Under the pieces are notes generated by a model that made no database searches, had not been told where the DNA came from, and saw only the letters and a list, made by a program, of their open reading frames with translations. DNA of 64,000 bases from Octopus vulgaris (taxonomy: Eukaryota), in the NCBI GenBank assembly GCA_951406725.2, contig OX597831.1, forward strand, positions 47,802,001 to 47,866,000, written 5' to 3'. This document shows positions 24,340 to 36,948 of the stretch, in pieces; within the stretch, counting starts at the first letter, position 1, and each line of letters opens with the position of its first letter. Made by a program: the position numbers and the translations under genes.

Positions 24340-25440
24340 GAAGTTTGCTTCATAACTTTGTATTCTTGAGTTTTATCATATTGGAGAACACCTTGGTCAA
24401 GTTTTTATCAGAGTCTAAAGCAACCAAAGATTTATGAGTGAAATTTGATGCGTGATTGTAAGTTCAAATTCCATTGTAGTATTTGATCTCAGAACAGCAA
24501 GACTAGAATAAATGCTAAATGGATGAACCCCAAAGGGATCAAAGACAAAGTTTACTTTGGCAGGAGTTAAACTCTTGGGCACCATATCTGATTCCTCTAA
24601 TATTCAGTTTGTCTCTCAGCAAAGAACTGAAACAAATGCTGCAAGACACCAACTCTGAAAGAGTGAATGACCAAGATCATCTTGGCAAGGTTTGAACTTG
24701 GAACTCTTGAACATTATGTCTAATTTCTTTCATAGCCAACTTTTTCACTCAGCACATTTGTGCTCTGTCATTTATGCTTATAATCAAAGATTTGTTGGTG
24801 AAATTTGATGTGAAATTCTAAGTTCAAATCCTATGTTCAAATCTAAGTTCAAAACCTAAAACAGTATCAAAGCTAGGAGTGATTGGGGTGATGGGACAAC
24901 TCTGCTTTGGGCAATGCTTTTATGGGGTTGACACTTTTGGGTCTGCTGTGTAAGCAGAGAGGCAGATGTAGAGGCCAACAATTTAAAGACTTCCCTGGGT
25001 GCAATATACTTGATCTATGATCCTAAAATTCTTCCAGATGACCATTTTGGCCTGATACCTTTCTTTTTCAAACCCAAGAGTATGAGAGACAAATTTAACT
25101 ATAGCAAAATTTAAAATCTGAACTCTTGGACAAGACATCCTATCTGATTCCTCTGATAGTCAGTTTTTCTCTCAACATGTTTGTGCTCTGTCAATTCATG
25201 CATGTAACCAAAAATTTATCAGTGGAATTTGGGGTTGAATTTTAAGTTCAAATCTCATAGTGGTATTTAATCTCTAATCTCAGAACACAAAGAGCTGAAA
25301 CAAATGCCACAAGGAATCAACCCATAAAAGGATAAAAAACGAAGTTAATGTTGGTAGGACTTGAACTTTGAACTCTCAGTCACCACATTTGATTTCTTTG
25401 ATACCCAGTTTATATCTTAACATATTTGTGTCGTATCACT
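24340..25440. repeat. Diverged local tandem array of SINE-derived composite units
   Basis: Blocks gtgaaatttgatg..taagttcaaat and aactcttgg..tctgattcctct..cagttt recur near 24425, 24570, 24700, 24790, 25120, 25210 and 25370. Confidence 0.6.
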
Positions 25441-25503
25441 AATACATGCTGATATTGCACACCCATCAGAACATACTCATATCATTTGTTTCAAGCGTTT
25501 ACA

Positions 25504-25698
25504 TCAGTGGCATATGGTGGTTGTTGTACTGGGTGTGCTGCCACACCCTATACCACCAAATTTCAAGCAGGAGTATAACAAACGTTTTCTATTAAGATTT
25601 GCAATTAAATTAATGAACAAGATTAATATTTATAATGGATATGCCATTTTCAATGGGTGTGCAACACACACCTAGCACATTCAGAAGATACATCTCTG
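25504..25698. mobile_element. Possible hAT-like MITE, decayed
   Basis: CAGTGGCATA...GATACATCTCTG ends with internal gggtgtgc..cacacc motifs. Confidence 0.35.
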
Positions 25699-26070
25699 CT
25701 TTACACATGTTTCGTATACCAATGCCCTATATACAGTATAAGGTTGATGTGGCTGATGTACAAAAAAGAAACATTTTTGTTTAAGAGACCAAGAAAGAAT
25801 CATCTGTTTTGAATGCTTGTGATAGACTGAACTCTGTCCAAAAGCTCACATAGACGAGAATAATGATGGTGGTGGTAGTGCTAGTGGTGGTGGTAGTGTT
25901 GGTGGTGGTAGTGTTGGTGGTGGTGATGATGTTACTGAACTAAACAAGACACTAGCAAGCTATTGCATGGTAACTGTCATACTGTTGGTGATGGTTATTT
26001 ATAAATTTACATAAAATTGTGTATTGAATGATTCCTAAAACCAATTTCAAATTGAATATTTCCATTGGTG

Positions 26071-26107
<37 letters not shown>

Positions 26108-27663
26108 AACATACACATGCACACACATACACACGTTCATATATATGCATGTACCAACACACACATACATATACGTATATATGCATGTACCAATAAATAC
26201 ACATGAATTTGTAAGGAAAAGAAAAAGCAAAACCCTTCAGGAAAAATGGAGAAGAATGAAAAACAAACAAAAGACAAAACAAACAAACAAAAAGTGAAAA
26301 TTAAAATATCCTTTAAAAAAAAATGAAAAGAATAAATGAATCAAAAAAGCAAACCAATTTATATTATCGATCTCAGGGAAGTGGTGGGACCTGTTATATC
26401 AAAGCTTCTTTCATCTAAGTATTTATTTCTAACAAACTAATGTTTTAGCAACTGGATTCACTCAGGTGGAAGCAAATACACTGACCGTATTGGTAATACA
26501 ACCTTATCAACTCTGCTATGGATTGATTCAGGTGTAAATATATTCATTCTGTCTTCTTTTTATGAAAGTGTAGCAGTAAAATTGCTCAACTTTATAGTTT
26601 ATTCTGCTATGGCTTTGCTCTTGTTTATAGTGATTACTAGTTGTTGTTCAATGTACTGAGTATGCATAGGTGAGGTTAGTTTCATTCAGGAAAACATTGA
26701 GACTGAAAGCAAAAGTAATTAGAAGAAAGTAACAGACAGGTGTATAGACATAATTTGTTGAAACCTTTTGTCGGTCGTTAAAGGCTTTTTGTCATCATCT
26801 GGGTTATCTTCATCAATATTGTTTTCCTACAAGGAGGTGTGGCAGAAATAGTAAATACTAAGCTAAATGACTTTCATTATTATGTTTCTGTCTCTGTATA
26901 TTGTCCCGTTAAATCCCACCAAGTTTACCTTTCCCTCTTTGTCACTCAAGGATTTATAATGTGAAATCTGTCTGTCTGTGTGTCTCTGTCTCATTCTCTC
27001 TTTACATCGTGTGCTTAGGTTCTTTCAAGGTCATATTTTCTTCACAATTCTATGCTTGACATCATAAATATTAGTTATTTGTTCATTTTGTTTGTTTGTT
27101 TTATATCTGTTTTTTTTCTTCTTACCAGCATGGGTTAGACAAACTTATTAGTGAAGCATTGTCTTACAACCATCACTAACCCTTACCTATTCTTCAAGTC
27201 TCAGGTTTTGAGCAAGCCCTTTCTACTTCACAACCTACAGTTGACCAGCCTGAAATCTTTCAAATATATATGCATATGTATGTATATATACATACATACA
27301 TACATATATATATGCATGCTTTGCTTAGCCCAAAGCTATAGAAGAAAGTACTTGCCCGAGATGCTATGCAGTGGGACTGAACCTAGAGCCATGTGGCTGT
27401 GAAACAAACTCCTTACCACACAGCCACAATTGTGCCTACATATACATGTGTGTGTGTGTGTGTGCGTGCATGTGTGTGTGCATGTGTGTTTGTCTACCTA
27501 CCAGAGCATAACAATTGGTGTTGGTTTGCTTATATTCCCGTGAGCAACTGGCTTGGCATATGGGACAAATAAATTAAGTACCAGGCTTAAAAGAAAGTTG
27601 TGGAGCTCATTTGTTTTAAATTAAACTTTTCAAAGCAGTGCTCCAGCATGGCTGCAGTCCAGT

Positions 27664-27869
27664 GGGTAAAATAAGTAACAGAAAGAAAATTTTTAAATAT
27701 TTTTACTTGTATCCTTAATACTTCATGAATTTAATTCTACCCTGGGTACCTCGTTCCTTACACTATCAACCACTTTAGATTTATCCTCAATTCACATTTC
27801 ATTCCATTGCTCTCCGATAACTGCAGCTTTTATGGTTCACTTCCACATACTCTTGTAACTCTTGCACAT
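27664..27869 (+). repeat. Local duplication with 30951-31118
   Basis: Near-identical aaatatttttacttgtatcc...ctcttgcacat; the second copy lacks about 44 bp. Confidence 0.85.
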
Positions 27870-28118
27870 TTCTTCCATGGCCTGGAATGGATCTATGATT
27901 AAGAAAGTCACTTTATAATCACAAAATTCTCTTGGAAGGAACTATTCTTATTCTGGAGTGACTGGCTCAGGCAAACTTAAAGGTTCCATGCTTATCCCAG
28001 AATACAAAGCTAAGTCATATGAGACTACCAAACTAACAAGGAAGGCTCTACACACCTGGTTCATCTGCTAGAAATAACAACTGTGTTATTACAATGCAAA
28101 CTTCTTAACTACAATGTA

Positions 28119-28495
28119 CATGTATGTATGTATGTATGTATGTATGTATGTATGTATGTATGTATGTATGCATGCATGTATGTGTGTGTGTGTACGTGTG
28201 TATGTATGCATGTATGCATGTATGTATGTATGTATATATGTATGTATGTATGTATGTATGTGTGTGTATGTGTGTATGTATGTATGTATGTATGTATGTA
28301 TGTTTGTATGTATGTATGTGTGTGTATGTATGTGTGTATTGATGCATGCATGCATGCATGTATGTATGTATGTATGTATGTATGTGTGTATGTGTGCATG
28401 TATGTATGTATGTATGTATGTATGTATGTATGTATGTATGTATGTGTGTCTGTGTGTGTGTGTGCGTGTCTGTGTGTGTGTGTATGTATGTGCAT
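28119..28495. repeat. (ATGT)n/(GT)n compound microsatellite
   Basis: Read directly. Confidence 0.95.
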
Positions 28496-28877
28496 GTCCA
28501 GTAAGTTTACCATCATTAATTCCCTTTTTTTTTCTATAATAGTTTTAACTATTAATGGTGAGATACTATGGATATATTTTTTCGGTAAACTTTCCTTGTG
28601 GTGAACTTACCTGTAATCATGTATGTGTGTGGAAGTCTGTGTATGTATGTGTGTACATATATATATATACACACACACGCACACGCAGACCTCCGTGCAC
28701 GCACATATCCACACTTACACACACATTCCCCTCTACCATTCTGCAGTCTTTGACAATACTACTCTTCTGTCTTTCTTCACCCTTTTCCTTCCTGTCTTTC
28801 AAAATGTGACCTTGTGTGTACCGTTGGCGATTTTTTTTCTTCTGTCTTCCCTTCTCTGGATCTTTCCTTCTCCTATG

Positions 28878-28910
28878 TTTCCGATGAAGAGCTCCGCTTG
28901 AAACGTTAAA
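28878..28910 (+). ncRNA. Minimal type I hammerhead ribozyme motif (CCGAUGA core, 33 nt)
   Basis: TTT CCGATGA a gagc-tcc-gctt GAAA C GTT AAA; loopless palindromic helix III; lies in a short element (about 28690-29010) that ends in (TA)n. Confidence 0.75.
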
Positions 28911-29010
28911 GCCTCCTTCTTTCCTTCTTTCCTGAGCGTCCAATAATACTATATCTGTTCCACGTCCTTGCGTTGTTGTGTTTTTTGTGCTTTCTTGTTT
29001 GGATTAACTT

Positions 29011-29041
<31 letters not shown>

Positions 29042-29929
29042 GTATATGTATATATGTATATGTATCTCTATCTGCCAATCTATCTATCTATCTAACTGTT
29101 TATCTATCTACACACACACACACACACATGCTCATGTCCACACACACATTCACACACACATACACATATCTGAAGGACTTCAGATTGGTCATCCTGAGAG
29201 TGTGAGGTAGAAAGGATTTGCTCAAAATCTAAAACTTGAAGGAATTCTATTCCCCAATGTGGGGACACTTAGACAAGTGTCTTCTACCAAGGTCTCAGTC
29301 AGACAATACCTTGCAAATGAAATTTGACACCTGAAAACTGTACAGAAGTCTGTCATATACAGTTAGATAGATGAATAAATAGATAACAAAAAATACAAAC
29401 ATTCTTTAAAAAAAATTAATATTTTTGATACTTGCATCACACCAGTATAAACAAGAAAGAATTGCACAATGCTAATTGAATAATGGAGCGCAACAATTCT
29501 GTGCATGTCATGCCCTCCCCTTCTTTAGCGCCTACATAATTGTGCAGATCAGATCTAACCTTAATCTCCATTTTCCTTTTCTTTTTTTGTTCTCTTGATA
29601 AAGGCTGTTTTAAATCCAAAATATTGAAACATGTCACAGTATAAACAGTTGGGGTTTTTTTTGCTGTTGTTTCCACTCTTTTGTATCCAACTCACAATGT
29701 AATTGCTTTCAAAAACACTTAACTCGATTTCACAATGCTTTATATAAACCATACTATTCTAATCTCATTACCCCTTAGTTAGGCTATATGTTCTTCCATT
29801 ATTTATTTATTTATTTAATCTATCAGAAAAAAACAGGTGGAGATTGGCTACCAGATGAATTTCCCTAAAGCATTGCTTGAAATGTGGTAGCTTCCCTAAT
29901 ACAATCAGGAACATTCACCTACCTGAATA

Positions 29930-30620
29930 CTTTAGATTGGCTTGTTACAGAAGTCTCTCTAACCTTCATACAAGTTTCATGATTAAGAAGCTTCTCTGAC
30001 ACTTTTTTTTTCTGTTAATACATTTAAATGATTTCAGATCTGAATGTAAAATTTGACCTATTTCTCGACACTTCATTAACCATGTTTACCCAAGATGATT
30101 GACCAATGCTCCTACAACCAAATTCCCTATGTCAAGAAATGACGCTGATGTAAATTCTTTTGGATTTTTAAGGAAATAATATTGCACAAATTCTTCCTTC
30201 CACAATTACATTGACAACCTGCAACAATCATACCAACATCACAGATAAATGGCCCATCAATACTTATGTTCCTTTTGTCACACATCTGACAGAATTCCTT
30301 TCATCTGCACAAATAAAACTGCTAAACCTGGTTCCAAAGTTCATCTTAACCTGATGACATAATAACAAAGTTGATATATAAACTTTAGTAGTGCCTACAG
30401 TGGGTATCATCAGCTCTGAAACCAACCTCTACCTTAGCCACAATATACCTACCTTCCATTGAGAAAACAATTCATGCTACACTGCTCCAACCAACCCAAG
30501 GCTTAATGCTAACCTTTCTAGGCTTAAATTTTTTGTTTACTGTTACATACCAGAAACACTCTGTCGTCCTCTAACCTCTCTAGCTCTCCACTTCCTACTT
30601 TATGATACTAACAATCTAAG
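29930..30620 (+). pseudogene. Highly decayed LINE (APE endonuclease region) remnant
   Basis: Traces CYRSLS (29943) and SDLNV (30034) at spacing consistent with the YRSP and GDFN motifs. Confidence 0.35.
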
Positions 30621-31177
30621 AATCTTATATTCAGAGAGAGGAGAATTCTGCATCCTTAATGCCTTAGTGATCTAATGCTTAAACAAGTCTATGTGAAAAG
30701 AAACGATCACCAACATCATATTACACCAGCTCAAAAATATCATGAATGCCAGCTGAAGGAACATTGGTAAATGTGGATGCTTCCCCAAACAAAAATTTGG
30801 CCACTAGAAATATTAGACTTATCGAAAATACCATCTGACTAAGATATAAAAACCTAGATCCAAAATAAAAACTGGGCCCCTTGTCTCTAGCATAGAAGAA
30901 TGATTATTTTAAAATATTTTGCATCCTGTCCAAAATCTTCAAGCCTGTATGGGTAAAATAAGTAAATTAAGTAAAAGAAATATTTTCAAATATTTTTACT
31001 TGTATCCTTAATACTTCATGAATTTAATTCTACCCTGGGTACTTCGTTCCTTACACTATCAACCACTAATTGTAGCTTTTATGGTTCATTTCCACATATT
31101 CTTGTAACTCTTGCACATATTTTTGTTACATCAACAGTTCTAACATCATGAACAAACTCTAACATTTACTGACATTA

Positions 31178-31720
31178 TGGCAGGGAGCTGGCAGAATGGT
31201 TTGCATGCTGGGAAAAATGCTTAGCAGTATTTTATCCGTCTTTACATTCTGAGTTCAAATTCCGCTGAGGTTCAATTTACCTTTCATTCTTTTTTTAAAT
31301 TTTTTTTTTCTGCACCCTTTTCAAGCCTAGCCAAGCTCATGGGCCCAGTTTCCCAGTTTCTATGACGTATGTGTTCCCCACCAGCTGGACGGGACACCAG
31401 TCCATTGCAGTGTTACTCAAGAAACAGGAAGAAAGAGTGAGAGAAAGTTGGGGTGAAAGAGTACAACAGGGGTCACCACCACTCCCTGCCAGAGCCTCAT
31501 GGAGCTTTTAGGTGTTTTCGATCAATAAACACACACAACACCTGGTCTGGGAATCAAAACTGCAATCCTCCGACCGCAAGTCCACTGCCCTAACCACTCG
31601 GTCATTGCGCCTCCATTCTTTTGGGGTCGATTAAATAAGCACCAGTTGAGAATTGGGGTCAATCTAATTAACCTCTCATTCCTCCAAAACTGCTGGCCTT
31701 GTGCCAAAATTTGAAACCAA
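31178..31720 (+). mobile_element. SINE, family B, interrupted by a family C SINE
   Basis: ggcagggagctggcagaa...ctttcattct | ttggggtcgattaaataagcaccag. Confidence 0.8.
31311..31614 (-). mobile_element. tRNA-derived SINE, family C, with V-domain-like core
   Basis: A box TGACCGAGTGG, B box GTTTTGATTCC, core ctgcaatggactggtgtcccgtccagc, A-rich tail, ATTCTTTT duplication. Confidence 0.75.
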
Positions 31721-32039
31721 CATTTACTCACATCACAGTAAATAAGTATATCTTTAGTCAAGACTATGATTACCTCTATTCTTATTACCTTCTCTTTCTA
31801 GTATAGTGATTGGTTACAATTTCATGTTCCCTTTGCTGTTCTGGTAGCAAAACTTCAGGCATCCACTAATTTCTGATAGTTATTGTGACCAATACATACA
31901 ACCATTTTAGTGACTTCACATATAAACAGACACTAGGAAACCTTGTGAAGCTATGTGTTGTGGAATTATTGGCAATCATTTGTATGGCTCACCAAGATTA
32001 GAGAGTCTTTAAGACTTTCTACTTTTGTGTTTTCTTCCT

Positions 32040-32245
32040 GTATAAATAATGTACATGACATGCTGAACAATATGAATGACAATGTAAATTTTGAAATGGA
32101 ACCTCTCAATGGCACCAGGTTTCTCTCTTCCTGGTTAATTTCTGGATCAAAAATCACAGAGGCGATATTCATTAATACCAACTTTCACAGGAAAACTGCT
32201 TGCAAGGCTTTATTTGTACCTTACAGGTCAGAAAATGCCAAAGCC
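32040..32245 (+). pseudogene. Possible PLE reverse transcriptase C-terminal remnant
   Basis: LNNMNDNVNFEMEP...FLS...NTNFHRKTACKALFVPYRS resembles the PLE pattern LN..H..IKF.ME...FLD...YRK......Y.S. Confidence 0.5.
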
Positions 32246-32252
32246 ACTTGCT

Positions 32253-32275
32253 TCATCATCATTATCATTATCATT

Positions 32276-32310
<35 letters not shown>

Positions 32311-32490
32311 TGTCGTCGTCATTCTCATCGTCATCATCATCGTTCTCGTTGTCATCATCATCATCATCATCGTTGTCATCATCATCATCATCATCATCAT
32401 TGTTGTTGTCATCATCATCATCATCGTTCTCGTCGTCACCACCACCACCACTGTCACTGCCACCATCACCACCACTATCATCATTATCAT
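32253..32490. repeat. (CAT)n/(CGT)n/(CAC)n trinucleotide tract
   Basis: Read directly. Confidence 0.95.
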
Positions 32491-32607
32491 TTAATGTCTG
32501 TTTTCCATGCTGGCAAGGACTTGTTAGTGTGAAAGTATCCAGCGAACTGCTGGATTGAATGACAACCCTTTATTCCCAAAGCTGCAGCACCTTAATCATA
32601 AAACCTA

Positions 32608-32991
32608 TGCAGGAGTGGCTGTGTGGTAAGTAGCTTGCTTACCAATCACATGGTTCTAGGTTTGGGCAAGTGTCTTCTATTATAGCCTCAGGTCGACTAA
32701 AGCCTTGTGAGTGGATTTGGTAGATGAAAATTGAAAGAAGCCCATTGTATATATGTATATATATGGATATGTATGTGTGTATATATGTTTGTGTGTCTGT
32801 GTTTGTTCCCCCAACATTGCTTGACAAACGATGTTGGTGTGTTTATGTTCCCGTAACTTAGCGGTTCGGCAAAAGAGACCTATAGAATAAGAACTAGGCT
32901 TACAAAGAATAAGTCCTGAGGTTGATTTGCTCGACTAAAGGCGGTGCTCCAGCATGGCCGCAGTCAAATGACTGAAACAAGTAAAAGAGTA
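32608..32991 (+). mobile_element. tRNA-derived SINE, family A
   Basis: Matches 8779-9193 with a small deletion after the B box. Confidence 0.9.
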
Positions 32992-33163
32992 CTATCCACC
33001 AGGTCATCCATCATGAGATAGACAGCTGGTACAGTCTTCTCTGAGAAAACTCCTGCTTTGAAATTAGCTCACATACCCACACCAACAATATAAGCTCACT
33101 AGCTAGATGCCCTTATCAATTATATGAATAAGCATTTCTGGACTTACATAGTGTACCACATAA

Positions 33164-33740
33164 TCTATATAGATAAAAGTGAAATTCTGTCTGTCTGCCT
33201 GGGATCCCTGTATCTTAGTCTACATTTGCTCTACATAAACATATTATATCATTTTGGAATCAGGACGATCCTGGGATTGAAAATCTGACTTTCATTTGGT
33301 TCTTGAACATTCAGCATTGGGATATGATGCAAGAGCATTTGGGCTGCTATTTTTAGCAGGCAAGGCAACTGCAAGAGGTTTCAAATGGTTTATAAGAGTT
33401 ACCTCCCTTAGCTATAATAATAAATGTGACATTGTGTTAGAAAACTGACCAAAACGTTTTGAATTTAATACCAAAACTTTGTGACAATTACCTCCATTAC
33501 CTACAATAAAACAATTAACAAAAGTCAATCACTTAAAATTGTTGGACTTCACCTCATGTAGCAGTACTTTTCCTATGGTCGGCTCTATGTTGGTTGTTCT
33601 AGAGCTGAAAATGGCAACACTCTCTTCGTACTAACACCAAATGGTAAAACCAAGAATGTTGTTCATCCTGCTGCTTGGCAGTGATCTCCAAATGTCACAG
33701 TGATACAAAATCTTCCAAATGCAATACTCTGTGATATAAA
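33164..33740 (+). mobile_element. Helitron deletion derivative retaining the Pif1-type helicase C-terminus
   Basis: A|TCTATATAGATAAAAGTG 5' end; 33511-33684 reads TINKSQSLKIVGLHLM*QYFSYGRLYVGCSR...GKTKNVV. Confidence 0.85.
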
Positions 33741-33773
33741 TCTGAGATGGTAGGATACCAATAAATTCCGAGA

Positions 33774-34325
33774 GTCAAGACTATTGAAAAGGTTGCAAGA
33801 CACAACGAAAATTTTAGGAAAATAAAAATAAGAAATAAGTGGAAATTTTACCGGTGAGTGTGTTAAATTATAAAGCACAAAAAGAAAATTACTCTCTCCA
33901 GACACAACAGAATATGCTTCAACACACGAACTCATATAAAGAATCTTGCAAACCAAATCAAAAAAATGAAATACCAATAAATGTTTTATTATTATTGCTC
34001 TCTTCAGTTTTGGCCACAGGCCCAATTAGCCCTCCACAGGAGCTATCTTAAAAGTTCACATGGAAAGCGGCTTTTAAACTAGTATATAATAAATGTGGCA
34101 GAAATTTTATGCTAGAAGCATCATTTGAAAACTGTACATCTCTGTTAAAGGATATAGTCATACAAATACTTTTCTTTTAGAAAACATCTGTAAAGATGTC
34201 CTAACTTAATTATCACAATTACCACCAAAACCCAAGAATAGAATATTGGAAATTTGAGGATTAAGGAGATTATTCTAATTAATGAATTAAATCCTGCAAT
34301 CAACAACATACAACAGTTGTGTGAT
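33774..34325 (+). mobile_element. PLE remnant: repeat with hammerhead motif plus GIY-YIG C-terminal trace
   Basis: 33774-33975 matches 51678-51820 and 1065-1185; 34254-34306 reads LRIKEIILINELNPAIN. Confidence 0.7.
33781..33817 (+). ncRNA. Minimal hammerhead motif with U3-A8 covariant core (UUGAAAA)
   Basis: CTA TTGAAAA g gttgc-aagac-acaac GAAA A TTT TAG; stem I CTA/TAG; the copy at 51688-51724 has a perfect gttgc/gcaac stem II. Confidence 0.6.
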
Positions 34326-34347
34326 GCAACATGGCTAATACAATATA

Positions 34348-34630
34348 GGTGTTGGCATGATTGTGTGGTTAAGAAGCTTGCTTTGCAACCAAATGGTCTT
34401 GGGTTCAGTCCTGCTGTGTGGCACCTTGGGCAAGTGTTTTGTAGTATTGACCTGGGCTAACCAAAGCCTTTTTGAGTGGATATTGTAGGTGGAAACTGAA
34501 AGAAGCCTTTCATGTGTATATGTGTGTGCATGTGTGTGCGTGTGTGTATGCAGGCATGTGTGAGTGTATGTGTGTGTGTACCCCTGTCTAGAAGTCCTAT
34601 GATGGTTGTAAATGAGTAGTAATGTTGCTT
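34348..34630 (+). mobile_element. tRNA-derived SINE, family A, diverged
   Basis: gggttcagtcc...caccttgggcaagtg...ggaaactgaaagaagcc. Confidence 0.8.
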
Positions 34631-35346
34631 GTTTCAGCCTTCTATTAAAAAACATGCCTGGCTATAGGAAAATATTATCTTGTTTGGAAATAGATGAAGG
34701 TTGATGACAGAAAAGGCATCCAGACGTAGGAAATCTGCCTCAAAAAATGCCATTTGAAACATGCAACAGACGATGATGATGATGATGATGATGATGAACA
34801 TTACCAAACTGTGCATGTTACACACACCCTATCTTCACATACCTGTACTGACCAATTCTGTGTTCTATTTCTATTTCATTTTTTTTTTTTGTTTCTCTTT
34901 ACATAGCCTTATTAAATTTGAAATATTGAAACAAACTAAAAGTGTAAACTGTGATTTTTGGTTTGTTCTTACTCCTTGATTTCCATCTTTGACACAGTGA
35001 CTTTCTGAAACACTTAAATCTATTTTACATTACTTCCTATAAAATATCTTACCGAAATAATAAATGCTTCCAGAAGTAACAATTTCAATAAACTTTTTCC
35101 ATCATTTATTTTTTTTTTTCGTTAGACAAGATGCAGTTGGTATGGGGGTTATGTCAAAAATGAAAGTATACAATACTTTCATTACTAACTACTTACCGAA
35201 AATCTTTATAAAGAATATCTCTCAGTGATACAGGTTAGATATATATCAAAGTTATGTCAGTGTTGCTATGGAAACATCAAGACAATGCCAATACAGACAT
35301 TCATCTGTCAGACCATTTTAATTCACCCAGGCTGCCAATGATGCAT

Positions 35347-35835
<489 letters not shown>

Positions 35836-36116
35836 ATATTAATGGCTTTTTAATCTTTTACTGTAATACCTACATTGTTAGTACCAAGGCCCATAGTGGA
35901 GTCAGCAAAGTCATGAGAATCACTAAGCATTAAATGTTGGTAATCTAAAAGAAGACAAACAAACGAAGTATATAAAATAATGGAATGTATGTTTATTGGT
36001 CATATAAAAATACTTAATACTTTGAAAGTATTAACGGACAAAATTATTCAATTGACGAAAGTATTCTCCATTTATATTTCTGTCTTGTTGATTCTTTGTG
36101 TCAGACATTTTATATT

Positions 36117-36325
36117 GGTTTCAAATTTTTGCACAAAGCCAGTAATTTCGGGAGTGGAAGCAAGTTGATTACATTGACCCCAATGCTCAACTTGTACTTA
36201 TTTTATCAACCCCGAGAGGATGAATGGTAAACTCAACCTCAGCGGAATTTGAACTCAGAACATAAGGATGGATAAAAAGCCGCTAAGCATTTTGCTTGGC
36301 ATGCTAGCAATTCTGTGAGCTTGCC
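36117..36325 (-). mobile_element. SINE, family B
   Basis: aacctcagcggaatttgaactcagaac...gctaagcattttgcttggcatgctagc. Confidence 0.8.
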
Positions 36326-36689
36326 ATATTTGTCTGATATTTTATAGTTTATCATGCTTTTGTGAACAATAGAATCATTGGTTATCAGTTTCTAATCGAC
36401 CAATAGTTAGTTTAAACTTAACATACAGGAATGACAAACATGTGTTGGTGCAACATTACATAACATACTTAAGAGCTTTGCTCCCCAAAAAGCTTAGGTC
36501 ATTGTTGGATTTTTCCCACTGTTTTTGACTCTGGATTGTCAGTGCTGCTCCCTGAAGGAAAACCTTTCTCTTCCAGATCTTGTTGGTTTTGAATTATTCG
36601 TGATGCTTCTGAAACTGTCTTTTATTTTTGGTAGGTGTGTGATCTCTAAGTGAATCTATATTAACCTCTGAGATGAAGTGATCTATATT

Positions 36690-36806
36690 CATCTGGCCTC
36701 TATCCTTGGAGCTATCCAGCATGGAAGGCCCTACCAGGTGCTTGTGCTCTACTGGCATTGCTCTCAGGGCACTAAGACACACAAGCTACCATATACCACA
36801 ACATGA
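36690..36806 (-). mobile_element. RTE 5'-UTR-like segment immediately downstream of the 5S-like head
   Basis: Minus strand gcttgtgtgtcttagtgccctgagagcaatgccagtag...ggtagggccttccatgctgga...gatagaggccaga resembles my recollection of RTE 5' UTRs. Confidence 0.5.
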
Positions 36807-36826
36807 ACTGGACCTTGGTGGTTACT

Positions 36827-36948
36827 GATTACAACATCCACGTTTCCCGAGTGGCTACCTGTCTATATACTAACTAGACTCACCATTTTTTAGCTTCAGT
36901 GATTAGATAAGAACCAACCAGTGATTCCAATATGATATGGCCATAAGT
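36827..36948 (-). pseudogene. 5S rRNA-derived sequence (pseudogene or SINE3 head)
   Basis: Minus strand acttatggccatatcatattggaatcactgg..ttcttatctaatcactgaagctaa..gttagta..gggaaac..gatgttgta is colinear with metazoan 5S rRNA over about 120 nt. Confidence 0.8.

Noticed and set aside
28083-28604. Long Cys/Tyr/Val/Met-rich ORFs here and at 19312, 35254, 45097 and 53877
   Set aside because: They are translations of microsatellites or tandem repeats that lack stop codons.
32200-32558. Poly-His/Ser/Ile ORFs
   Set aside because: All frames of a (CAT)n tract; no evidence of a real exon.
36827-36948. Functional 5S rRNA gene
   Set aside because: Many substitutions, a 4-nt insertion, no T-run terminator and no tandem array.
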